From Gemmatimonadota bacterium (GTDB lineage: Bacteria; Gemmatimonadota; Gemmatimonadetes; Gemmatimonadales; GWC2-71-9): DNA of 22,936 nt. The position numbers and the translations under genes are program-made. The notes beneath the pieces were generated by a model. The model had not been told where the DNA came from and ran no database searches. It saw only the letters and a list, made by a program, of their open reading frames with translations. Shown here piece by piece: positions 15,130 through 22,936 of this stretch. Numbering within the stretch: the stretch's first letter is position 1; each line of letters opens with the position of its first letter. Location: positions 1-22,936 of the forward strand of contig JBDHAB010000050.1 in NCBI GenBank assembly GCA_039588295.1, in the 5' to 3' direction.

Positions 15130-16473
15130 TCACACCTCGATATTGAGGTCTTTCATGAGGCGATTCAGGTAGCTTCTTTGAATCCCCAGCAGTTCTGAGG
15201 CGCGTGTCTGGTTGCCATCGCTCGACCGAAGGGCCCGGCGCACGATCTGCCGCTTGGCCTCCACCAGCGCTTCCTTGTACCCGAGCGATCCGATATCGGC
15301 ACGCCCCGCCGAGGGTCCATCGAGCACCTCGGGGGGGAGCATCATGGGCATCAACGTTGAATCGCGACACATCACCGCCATGCGTTCGACGGCGTTGCGC
15401 AGCTGGCGAACGTTTCCCGGCCACGGATAACGCTTCATGATCTCCAGAGTTTTGGGGGCGAAGGAGAGCGCTTCGCGTTTGAATTCGGCTACGAACCGCT
15501 CCAGAAACGCCTGCGCCAGAACCTCGATGTCCTCGACGCGCTCGCGCAGCGGCGGAACGCGCAGGATGATCACGTTGAGACGGAAGTAGAGGTCGTCCCG
15601 GAACCGTCCCGACGCGATCTCCTCTTCGAGGTTGCGATTTGTGGCAGCAATGAGCCGGCAGTCGACGGTAACCGTTTGATCCCCGCCCACTCTCTCGAAC
15701 TGGCCCGATTCCAAAAAGTGCAACAGCTTCGCCTGGAGCGTCGGGGAGATATCTCCAATCTCGTCGAGGAACGCCGTCCCACCAGCCGCCGACTCGAGGC
15801 GCCCGGACTTGCTCTTCACCGCGCCCGTGAAGGCTCCGCGCTCGTGTCCGAAGAGCGTCGACTCGATGAGCTCATCCGAGATCGCCACGCAGTTGACGTA
15901 CACGAACGGGCCGCCTCCCCGCGGGCTCTTGCTGTGGATGTGCTCGGCGATCACCTGCTTGCCGCTTCCGCTCTCACCGGTGAGCAGCACAGTGCTGTCG
16001 AACGCCGCCGCCCGCTCGGCCTCTTCGTAGAGCTGCCGCATGACGGCCGACGGGCCCATGACCGGCGAGGGGGTGCTTTCCCGCAGCGCCTTGTTCACGC
16101 GCTTGAGCTGCCGGCCTTCGAGCGATCGCTCCACGACTTTCTTTAGCAGGCTCATATCCGCCGGCTTGGTGAGATAATCGGTGGCCCCGCGCCGCAGTCC
16201 GTCGACGGCGCTCTCCACAGAGCCGTGGGCCGTCAGCACCACGATGTCGGCGTCGCACTCGTTGGCCACGAGGCGATCGAGCACGTCGAGCCCGGACATG
16301 TCGGGCATATTGAGGTCGAGCAGGATCAGATCGAACCGTTTGGCGGCAGCAACTTCGAGCGCTTCTGTGCCGTTCTCGGCAACGTCGACGTCGTGCCCCC
16401 AGAAGCGGAAGCGATCGCCGAGAACGCGTCGCAGAGCCTCTTCGTCGTCGACGATGAGCACGGATGCCTTCAT
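15130..16473 (-). CDS. sigma54-dependent response regulator (NtrC/AtoC family: receiver, AAA+, Fis-type HTH)
   Basis: Receiver 'LIVDDE...LLDLNMPD...TAHG...KP'; Walker A GESGSGKQ; 'ESTLFGHERGAFTGA'; 'FLDEIG'; 'FRDDLYFRLNV'; 'WPGNVRQL'; HTH 'GNQTRASELLGI.R'. Confidence 0.96.
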   Translation of the reverse strand: MKASVLIVDDEEALRRVLGDRFRFWGHDVDVAENGTEALEVAAAKRFDLILLDLNMPDMSGLDVLDRLVANECDADIVVLTAHGSVESAVDGLRRGATDYLTKPADMSLLKKVVERSLEGRQLKRVNKALRESTPSPVMGPSAVMRQLYEEAERAAAFDSTVLLTGESGSGKQVIAEHIHSKSPRGGGPFVYVNCVAISDELIESTLFGHERGAFTGAVKSKSGRLESAAGGTAFLDEIGDISPTLQAKLLHFLESGQFERVGGDQTVTVDCRLIAATNRNLEEEIASGRFRDDLYFRLNVIILRVPPLRERVEDIEVLAQAFLERFVAEFKREALSFAPKTLEIMKRYPWPGNVRQLRNAVERMAVMCRDSTLMPMMLPPEVLDGPSAGRADIGSLGYKEALVEAKRQIVRRALRSSDGNQTRASELLGIQRSYLNRLMKDLNIEV

Positions 16474-18881
16474 TCAGATACCTCCTCGGTGACCGGCCAG
16501 CGCAGCAGTCGACACGTGAAAAGCGCACCGCCATCGGGGTGATTGGTGGCTTCGACGCTTCCCCCCATCTGTTCGACATGAGTCCTGACGATATGAAGCC
16601 CTAGTCCGAAACCCCGCCCCGACGAGTAGGGGCTGCGCTCCCCCCGGCTGTGCGGATCGAAGATTGTGTCGAGAATCGTCTCATCGATACCCGGGCCGTG
16701 ATCGCGCACCTCGACCGCGACCTTCCTGGCGCCGTCGCCGCGAATCTCGACTTCGACCGCCGACCGCGGCGGCGAGTACCGTACGGCATTGTCGAGTATG
16801 TTAATGACGACCTCCCGAAGGGCGGCCGTGTGCCCGGCCACGACGAACCGCTCCGAGCCCGGACGCAGCTCGAGCGAAACCTCCTCGCGCTCGGCGATGG
16901 GCCACACCGCGGATATCGCATTTTCCGCTATTTCCACGATGTTGACACGCTCGCGATCGAGCTCGATCCGACCCTGATCGATACGCGAGGCGGCGAGCAG
17001 GTTGGCCACGAGTTGTGAGAGTTGGTCACCCGAGGTCCGAATCGACTCGACGTAACGCAACTGCTCTTCGTTCAGCTTCCCTACGACGCCGTCCATGAGA
17101 TTTTGCGACGACCAGGAAATCGATGAGAGCGGCGTGCGGAGGTCGTGCGACACCCGGGACAGGAACTCGGTCTTGGCCTGGTTGATTTCGTCGAGTCGCT
17201 CGCGCTCCACCGATTCCGCTGCAACCGTCTGAACGAGCTCGATGCGAGCCAGCACGCCGCTGGTCATCCCACAGCAGTCGTCGAGAAATGTGAGATCGGG
17301 TTCAATGTAACGTCGTTCCGTTCTGCGGCGGCCGAGCATGATGAGCCCCATGAGCTTATCCTCGTCGCGAATGGGAGCAACGAGCACGAAACCGCTGTCG
17401 AGGAGTCTGCTCGGATAGTTTCCCGTCTCGCGCTCGGGCACGGTCGTGCTCTCCGACGCGGCGAATGTCTCGGCGCATTCGTCTCCCCGCTCCTCGCAGA
17501 AGCGAAACGCGTCGACGGCCACGTCCCGAGGAAGATCGCCGGCCACGTGATATGCTCTCCCCGCGCGCACGATCACCGCGAGCGTGGCCGGGTGCAGAAC
17601 ATGACCGATCCGCCGGGCCAGCACTTCGACGAGCTCTTCCTGGCCGGCGACATTATTGAGGGCTCCCCGAATATCGCGGCCGGCGCGGTCGTAGTCGTAG
17701 GCGAGCTTGAAGAAGGCGCGGTCGACGCGGGATCCCATCCAGCGACGTAACGGGCCGAACGCGAGCCCCGCGGCCAGCCCCGCCATCAGCAGCACGATTC
17801 CCGCTCTGCCCGAGACCCGGGTTTCGATGTATCCGCCGAGGGCCTGGAACATCACGAGGTAGACGACGAGCCCCGTGACGGCAATAACCGTGTACATGAG
17901 GCCGCGTCGCAGGATGATGTCGATATCGAGGAAGCGGTGGCGGACAACCAGCACGACGAACGCCGTTGGAATGGCCATCTCGAATATCCGATCGAAGTGG
18001 CTGGGGGTGGGTATCGCCATCCCGAAAACCCCGGGGAGCGTGCGCAGAAACACGTAGGGGCCTGCTCCCACCGTGAACCCCCACAGCAGCCAGTAGATCT
18101 GCCTCTTCCTCCAGATGACGTCTGTGCGCACGCCGCGCAGAAACAGTATGGCGAAGCCCGCCACAGTCTCGGCCACCAGCAGTACGTCGGCGATTGTCTG
18201 TGGCGCGTCGAGCAGCGATCCCCTCCCGGGCCCCGGATCGAGGAAGTAGAGCTGAAACACGGCGATTTGCCACGCCACGATGCCGACGGTGACGACGGAT
18301 AGCACCGGTATCAGCCATCGCATCTTCTCGATGATCACGCTGCGATCCGGAAACGTGAGGGTCAGGTGCAGGAACACCACCGGCAGCACGGCCAGGCTTG
18401 TGAGCTGCAGGTAGCCCATCGCGTACGACAGCCAGGTGCGGTCGCCAGGGAAATAGATGCCTCCAATCATCACCGACAGGCCGTACAGAAATGTAATCCG
18501 GAAAAAACTTCGCGCGCCGGGCCTCTCGAGTCGGGGCGCAAAGATGAACGTCGCGACCGACCAGAAGAACAGGCCGCTGATGCCGATGACGATCATGTAG
18601 GCGATGTCTCGTCTACGAACGACGCGCGGGTGATAAACCGTCCCCTCGGCGTCGACGATCGTGAGCGCCTCGCCGGGCGAGGCCCCCTCGGCCACGAAGC
18701 GCAGGCGATCGGGACTTTCCACAACCACTTCGCCCACCTGCGCCGGGTAGCTCAGCGATTCGCGGGGAAAGTCCGCCGGGAGGGCGGACACCCTGGACTG
18801 GAGGGTAAAGGCGAGGGCGTAGATCCCAAGCGTCACAGCGGAGAGCAGCAGAGACTGGACCAGTTGCGATCTCGGGAACAT
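16470..18881 (-). CDS. Multi-TM sensor histidine kinase (TM region, GAF-like, HisKA, HATPase_c)
   Basis: H-box 'FLSRVSHDLRTPL', N-box 'NILDNAVRYS', G1 'VRDHGPGI', G2 'GFGLGL'. About 9 hydrophobic segments, and a GAF-like 'LVAPI...LMGLIMLG' region. ATGA overlap with the regulator. Start taken as ATG 18881 (SD GAGG) rather than TTG 18929. Confidence 0.93.
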   Translation of the reverse strand: MFPRSQLVQSLLLSAVTLGIYALAFTLQSRVSALPADFPRESLSYPAQVGEVVVESPDRLRFVAEGASPGEALTIVDAEGTVYHPRVVRRRDIAYMIVIGISGLFFWSVATFIFAPRLERPGARSFFRITFLYGLSVMIGGIYFPGDRTWLSYAMGYLQLTSLAVLPVVFLHLTLTFPDRSVIIEKMRWLIPVLSVVTVGIVAWQIAVFQLYFLDPGPGRGSLLDAPQTIADVLLVAETVAGFAILFLRGVRTDVIWRKRQIYWLLWGFTVGAGPYVFLRTLPGVFGMAIPTPSHFDRIFEMAIPTAFVVLVVRHRFLDIDIILRRGLMYTVIAVTGLVVYLVMFQALGGYIETRVSGRAGIVLLMAGLAAGLAFGPLRRWMGSRVDRAFFKLAYDYDRAGRDIRGALNNVAGQEELVEVLARRIGHVLHPATLAVIVRAGRAYHVAGDLPRDVAVDAFRFCEERGDECAETFAASESTTVPERETGNYPSRLLDSGFVLVAPIRDEDKLMGLIMLGRRRTERRYIEPDLTFLDDCCGMTSGVLARIELVQTVAAESVERERLDEINQAKTEFLSRVSHDLRTPLSSISWSSQNLMDGVVGKLNEEQLRYVESIRTSGDQLSQLVANLLAASRIDQGRIELDRERVNIVEIAENAISAVWPIAEREEVSLELRPGSERFVVAGHTAALREVVINILDNAVRYSPPRSAVEVEIRGDGARKVAVEVRDHGPGIDETILDTIFDPHSRGERSPYSSGRGFGLGLHIVRTHVEQMGGSVEATNHPDGGALFTCRLLRWPVTEEVSE

Positions 18882-19210
18882 GCTTGAACCTCTGAACCGG
18901 CGTGTCGGAGATTCTCCCCCTGTGGTCAATCGCAGGTGCAGATGCGGCGGCGGATCTCTCGGTCGGTTTGACAGTATCGCGTTCGCGCAAACCTCAAAGT
19001 GAGGCCACAGCCACGCTTTAGCGAGTGTATCACAGGTGGATCATAGCGCCGCCTCGGCTCGCCGGGGCCGCAGTCGGGTAATCATTGGGGTAACGTATTT
19101 GACGAAACCAGCTTAGCGGTTAGGCGCTGCGAGAACCTCGGATCCCATGATGGAATCCGCCCGCGGACGTCGGCCTGGGGAGTGGTCGGGGGAACCCTCG
19201 CGCTCACAGC

Positions 19211-19849
19211 CTACTTGTTGGGCTGTGGCGTTACGCGAAGGTACGGGCGTACGACCTTGTATCCCTTCGGAAACTTGGCCTTCAGCTCCTCCGGATCCTG
19301 GATCGCCGGCGCGATCACGACATCATCGCCATCCTTCCAGTTCACCGGGGTAGCCACGCCGTAGTTGGCCGTGAGCTGAAGCGAGTCGATCACCCGCAGG
19401 ATCTCACTGAAGTTCCGACCGGTGGATGCGGGATAGGTGATCGTGAGTTTGATCTTCTTGTCCGGGCCGATGACGAAAACCGAGCGCACGGTCATAGTGT
19501 CATCCGCCTGGGGGTGGATCATGTCGTAGAGCTTCGACACTTTCTGGTCGTGATCGGCGATCACGGGGAAATTCACGGTCGTGTTCTGCGTTTCATTGAT
19601 GTCCTTGATCCAACCCTCATGGGAATCCGTCGGGTCTACGGAAAGTCCGAGGACCTTCACGTTCCGCTTGGCGAACTCCCTCTTCAGCTTCGCGACCTCG
19701 CCAAGCTCGGTGGTGCAGACCGGCGTGAAGTCCTTGGGATGGGAAAAAAGAACTCCCCAGGAATCGCCCAGGTACTTGTAGAGGTTGATCGTGCCGTCGC
19801 TCGACTCCTGCGTGAAATCAGGGGCGGTGTCGCCTAGTCTCAGTGCCAT
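19211..19849 (-). CDS. 1-Cys peroxiredoxin (Prx6 subfamily)
   Basis: 'FSHPKDFTPVCTTELG' active-site motif, 'TVRSVF.I.PDKK', 'YPASTGRNF.EILR..DSLQL', 'TPVNWK.G'. It has a single Cys. SD GAGG. Confidence 0.97.
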   Translation of the reverse strand: MALRLGDTAPDFTQESSDGTINLYKYLGDSWGVLFSHPKDFTPVCTTELGEVAKLKREFAKRNVKVLGLSVDPTDSHEGWIKDINETQNTTVNFPVIADHDQKVSKLYDMIHPQADDTMTVRSVFVIGPDKKIKLTITYPASTGRNFSEILRVIDSLQLTANYGVATPVNWKDGDDVVIAPAIQDPEELKAKFPKGYKVVRPYLRVTPQPNK

Positions 19850-19924
19850 TTTCTAACCTCGCTTGGTGATTCGAGACCAAAAGGATGACCGGCAACAGGT
19901 GCGCGGCCGGGCACGAACAAGTAG

Positions 19925-19953
19925 ATAGTATATGGAGTGGTTTTACAAGTCGA
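19925..19953 (-). promoter_or_regulatory. Possible sigma70 promoter of the peroxiredoxin
   Basis: The minus strand reads TCGACT-17 nt-TACTAT within an AT-rich patch. Confidence 0.4.
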
Positions 19954-19980
19954 AAGCTGGACTATCGTGGCCCACGACAA

Positions 19981-19996
19981 AGTGACTGTTTTCACA
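19981..19996. promoter_or_regulatory. CRP/FNR-family-like binding site
   Basis: AGTGA-ctgttt-TCACA matches 9 of 10 positions of TGTGA-N6-TCACA, with AT-rich flanks. Confidence 0.5.
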
Positions 19997-20067
19997 ATCT
20001 CTTTGCCACCGCGCCGGAGTCTGCTAGAGGGCGCGCCAACCGGTATGAGCGGAAGTGGCGGCTCCAC

Positions 20068-20098
20068 TCGCCTGCTGTCCGCCAAGCCAAGCAGGCGA
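20068..20098 (-). terminator. Stem-loop immediately after the serine hydrolase stop
   Basis: tcgcctgct (20068-20076) and agcaggcga (20090-20098) form a perfect 9-bp inverted repeat. There is no clear U-tract. Confidence 0.4.
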
Positions 20099-20100
20099 CA

Positions 20101-21576
20101 TTATTCGACTTTCTCTGCGGGGATCTCGATGCCATCGATCTCGAGGTTTACGTGCGTCACCTTGCCGGCGCTGCTCTTGACGAATAGGAATCTGTAGTTC
20201 TCTTCCGCCAGAAAGAAACGGGTTTCGGTCTCGGCCAGTAGAGGCGTCCACTGAACTTTGTCGTCGCTTATCAGCAGCTGCCCTTCCTTGAGTTTGACGA
20301 TCAAGGTCTTGCCAAGAGTTGTCATTTCGTAAGTGCCGGTGTACGTCTCGAGAACAGCGGGGTCGACGTCGATTGCTACCGGCTCCGGAGGAGATTCTCT
20401 GTTCGCGTTGGGATCGTAGTGAGGATACCCGAGCCAGTCGAACGGGGAGTAGGTGTCGCCGATCGTGGCCTCTGCCAGCTCCCTGGCCACGCTCTCGAAA
20501 TTGTCGCTGTTGCTCAAGAAGACTACGCCTGTACCGGCGTCAGCGAATGTAACGGTGTAGTTCTGCCAGCCAAAATCGTGACCGGTGTGAAAGAAGGCCC
20601 GTCCGTGTTTGGTGTCGAACCGCCCCCATCCCAAGCCCCACGCCAGGCGGATCGATCCGTATTCGTCGGTATTCTGCCACGCGCCCGGGCCGAACATGTT
20701 CCTGTAGCCGATACTGACCTGCGAGTCTAGCATCTCAGCCATGGTCGCTTTGCGTTTGCCCTCGGCGTTGATTATCGCGACCAGAAGCTTGGCGTAGTCA
20801 CCGGCGGTGGTGAACATCGACCCGGCCGCGTCTGCCTCGTTTTTCTCGTCGAGCCGCTTTGGCCTCCGGTATTGATCGTGCGGGGCCGCTGCGTTTTCTT
20901 GCCATGTCTCCTGCCACACATAACTCGTCCGCGTCATACCCAACGGATCAAATACCTTCTCGCGGGCCAGCTCTTCCAATCCTCTCCCGGTCACCTCCTC
21001 CACAACCATCTGCAACAAAGCGACTCCCTCACCCGAGTAGCTATGCCGCTCACCGGGATCGAACAGAAACTGCAACCGGTTGTCCTCCGTCAAGAACCTC
21101 CAGTTGGGAAACCCGGTGGAGTGACTCAGGCACATCCTGGCCGTGATCTTCTTGTAGCGAACGTCGCCCTCGAGGTCGGAGTACTTCTGGTAGTCGGGTA
21201 GCGACTGGCTGAGGTATTTGTGCAGGGGCCTGTCCAGGTCGAGAGCGCCATCTTCCACCAGGAGCATCACCAGGTAAGCAAACACGGTCTTGCTGAACGA
21301 CGCCGCAGCGAACACGGTTTCTTCGTCGTTGGGTTCGCCGCTCTCGCTGCTCTTAACACCAAATGTCTTGCCGTAGACGACTTTCGAACCGTTGATAATG
21401 ACGCACGATAGACCCGGAACGCCGGCTTTCTCCATAATCTCGACTACGACCGCTTCCATCGCCGGAATCGAGATCGACTTCCCGTCGAGTGATTTCAACT
21501 CGCCTGACTGACCGGAGTCGCCAATCGACCCGCTCACAAGAAACAAAACGATCAAGAATCCCAGCTTGGATATCAT
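20101..21576 (-). CDS. Secreted serine hydrolase (beta-lactamase class C/AmpC-like family) with C-terminal DUF3471-like domain
   Basis: Signal peptide; 'VPGLS', SxxK 'ASFSK', 'IT.R..LSH.TGFPN', 'YSGEG', 'F.PLGM..T', 'HTG'; C-terminal 'DPAVLETYTGTY...L.AETETRFF'. SD TAGGAG. Confidence 0.92.
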   Translation of the reverse strand: MISKLGFLIVLFLVSGSIGDSGQSGELKSLDGKSISIPAMEAVVVEIMEKAGVPGLSCVIINGSKVVYGKTFGVKSSESGEPNDEETVFAAASFSKTVFAYLVMLLVEDGALDLDRPLHKYLSQSLPDYQKYSDLEGDVRYKKITARMCLSHSTGFPNWRFLTEDNRLQFLFDPGERHSYSGEGVALLQMVVEEVTGRGLEELAREKVFDPLGMTRTSYVWQETWQENAAAPHDQYRRPKRLDEKNEADAAGSMFTTAGDYAKLLVAIINAEGKRKATMAEMLDSQVSIGYRNMFGPGAWQNTDEYGSIRLAWGLGWGRFDTKHGRAFFHTGHDFGWQNYTVTFADAGTGVVFLSNSDNFESVARELAEATIGDTYSPFDWLGYPHYDPNANRESPPEPVAIDVDPAVLETYTGTYEMTTLGKTLIVKLKEGQLLISDDKVQWTPLLAETETRFFLAEENYRFLFVKSSAGKVTHVNLEIDGIEIPAEKVE

Positions 21577-21634
21577 CGAAACGACTCCTAAGAACTAGTC
21601 CCCTGGACTATTGTGCCTACTGCACTCAGCCCCT

Positions 21635-21666
21635 GAAAAGAATTGGCTCCCCAGAGTGGAGGGGCC
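21635..21666 (-). terminator. Possible intrinsic terminator after the beta-propeller gene
   Basis: The minus strand has ggcccctcca-ctc-tggggagcc, an imperfect hairpin, followed by aattcttttc. Confidence 0.35.
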
Positions 21667-21672
21667 CGCGCC

Positions 21673-22776
21673 TCACTCCAACGCGTACGCGAACCGACCA
21701 CTCGTCACATAAACAGATGCCCCGTGAGGGGTCGGCGTCCTGACCGCCGCCTCTGTCCCGAACCGCCACAGCTCGGTCCCTGTCGCGAGATCGTGGGTGT
21801 ACAGGTGGTGGTCGCCACTTCCGATGTACACCACGTCGCCCGCGATCGCGGGCTTGGAGTAGACCTCGCCGGACCTCTTGACGCCCCAGAGCGGGCGCCC
21901 GGTCCTCGCATCGAGGGCGTAGACGTGGCTATCCACGGTCGTGAACACCACGACGTCGTCTTTAACCGCTGGCGCCCGGCTCAGGATGCCATCCGCGTCG
22001 AACGTCCACTTCACCTTCCCCGTCTCGATGTCAATCGCGCTGAGCGTGCTGTCGAACCTGACGAAGTAGGCTACGCCGTCCGCGATCGACGGTGCCGTGA
22101 ACCACTTGGTCTTCTGATTGACCTCGTGGGTCCACAGCTTCTTGTTCGTCTTAGCGACCATGGCGTGGAGGTTGCCACCCCAGTCCGGGTAATAGATGAC
22201 ACCGCCGTGAATCGAAGGGGTGCAGCACAGGTCATACTGCTCCTCGAGGCGCGCAATCTGTTTGCCGTCGGCGATGTCGATGAGGTACATATAACGGTCG
22301 TGACTGCACGCGTAAGCCACGCCTTCGTGGATGGCCGGTGGAGCGCATATGCCGCCACTCGTTTCGACGCTCCACCTCTGCTGGCCGGTGTCGATGTCGA
22401 TAGCGTACACGCGGCCGTTGCTGCAGCCGAGGTAGGCTGTGTTGTCGAGTACGGCGGGGGCGTTGTACAGCTTCTTGCCCTCGCTGAATCTCCATCGCTC
22501 TTCACCCGTGTCGACTTCGACTGCGTAGAGATGCCCCTCGGAGCAACCGAAGAACGCAACGCCGTTACTGATGACCATCGTGCCGGAGGCCTCGCCGACG
22601 GTCTCGAACTTCCACCGAACGCCCTTCAACGCCTTGACGGGGATCGCGTCATAGACGCCGGTGTGTTCCTGATTGGCGCCGACGGTGACTACAGCGGAAT
22701 GCTCGCCGCCGAACGACGGGTGAGCGCAGAGCAGAAAGGTCCCAACCGCCGTGAACAGAATCAATGATGTGCGCAT
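21673..22776 (-). CDS. PQQ-binding-like beta-propeller repeat protein (BamB-like fold), exported; start uncertain
   Basis: About eight repeats of the type 'P....G.VY.G..DG.LYA.D..TG...W.F'. ATG 22776 (MRTSLILFTAVGTFLLCAHPSFG) gives a clean signal peptide, although the frame is open to the window edge. Confidence 0.88.
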   Translation of the reverse strand: MRTSLILFTAVGTFLLCAHPSFGGEHSAVVTVGANQEHTGVYDAIPVKALKGVRWKFETVGEASGTMVISNGVAFFGCSEGHLYAVEVDTGEERWRFSEGKKLYNAPAVLDNTAYLGCSNGRVYAIDIDTGQQRWSVETSGGICAPPAIHEGVAYACSHDRYMYLIDIADGKQIARLEEQYDLCCTPSIHGGVIYYPDWGGNLHAMVAKTNKKLWTHEVNQKTKWFTAPSIADGVAYFVRFDSTLSAIDIETGKVKWTFDADGILSRAPAVKDDVVVFTTVDSHVYALDARTGRPLWGVKRSGEVYSKPAIAGDVVYIGSGDHHLYTHDLATGTELWRFGTEAAVRTPTPHGASVYVTSGRFAYALE

Positions 22777-22936
22777 CTGGGCTGACGCCCGCGACACCTG
22801 CCGCTTTATCAATGCCATGGTGCTGTCGCGGGCTGGGGTCCGCTTCACTGAGCTGTCAAGCATGCGACTTCGGCCTTGGGCTGAACCCCGGAAGAAACAT
22901 CGGGGTCTGCCTTCGATATTCGATGTACTCATCTCC

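Noticed and set aside
15130..18881. PEP-CTERM PrsK/PrsR assignment
   Set aside because: The H-box is the generic HDLRTPL, and no exosortase or PEP-CTERM genes are in the window.
20101..21576. Calling the serine hydrolase an antibiotic-resistance beta-lactamase
   Set aside because: YSG and HTG (rather than YxN and KTG) plus the DUF3471-like tail fit the broad esterase/peptidase group. Substrate cannot be inferred.
21643..22767. 374-aa plus-strand ORF with a repetitive look
   Set aside because: It is the antisense mirror of the beta-propeller repeats.
21673..22776. Calling the propeller bamB
   Set aside because: There is no clear lipobox and no der/yfgM context. The fold is shared by many proteins.
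1..22936. CRISPR arrays, tRNA/rRNA, transposases, integrases, defence systems
   Set aside because: No regularly spaced repeats, RNA gene signatures or corresponding protein motifs were seen by eye.

Overview
This is a GC-rich bacterial window, probably from a diderm since it encodes a TonB-dependent receptor, a lipoprotein and a probable beta-barrel protein. It holds 15 protein-coding genes and no recognisable rRNA, tRNA, CRISPR array or mobile element. From left to right: a 5'-truncated DUF1684 gene; a Na+/phosphate symporter plus PhoU pair; a minus-strand four-gene operon (dehydratase/reductase-type subunit, double-ATPase CoA-activase/DUF2229 protein, DedA/VTT membrane protein, secreted orphan) behind a well-formed sigma54 promoter; three plus-strand envelope genes; a convergent histidine kinase plus sigma54-dependent response regulator; a 1-Cys peroxiredoxin with a CRP/FNR-like site upstream; a secreted serine hydrolase; and a PQQ-like beta-propeller protein. 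The most interesting item is the four-gene operon. Its two large genes have the architecture of the anaerobic ether-lipid/plasmalogen enzymes (PlsA/PlsR, Ger), and here they are coupled to a DedA-family lipid transporter and an unknown exported protein under apparent sigma54 control. All family calls come from motif recognition by eye; no database search was run.
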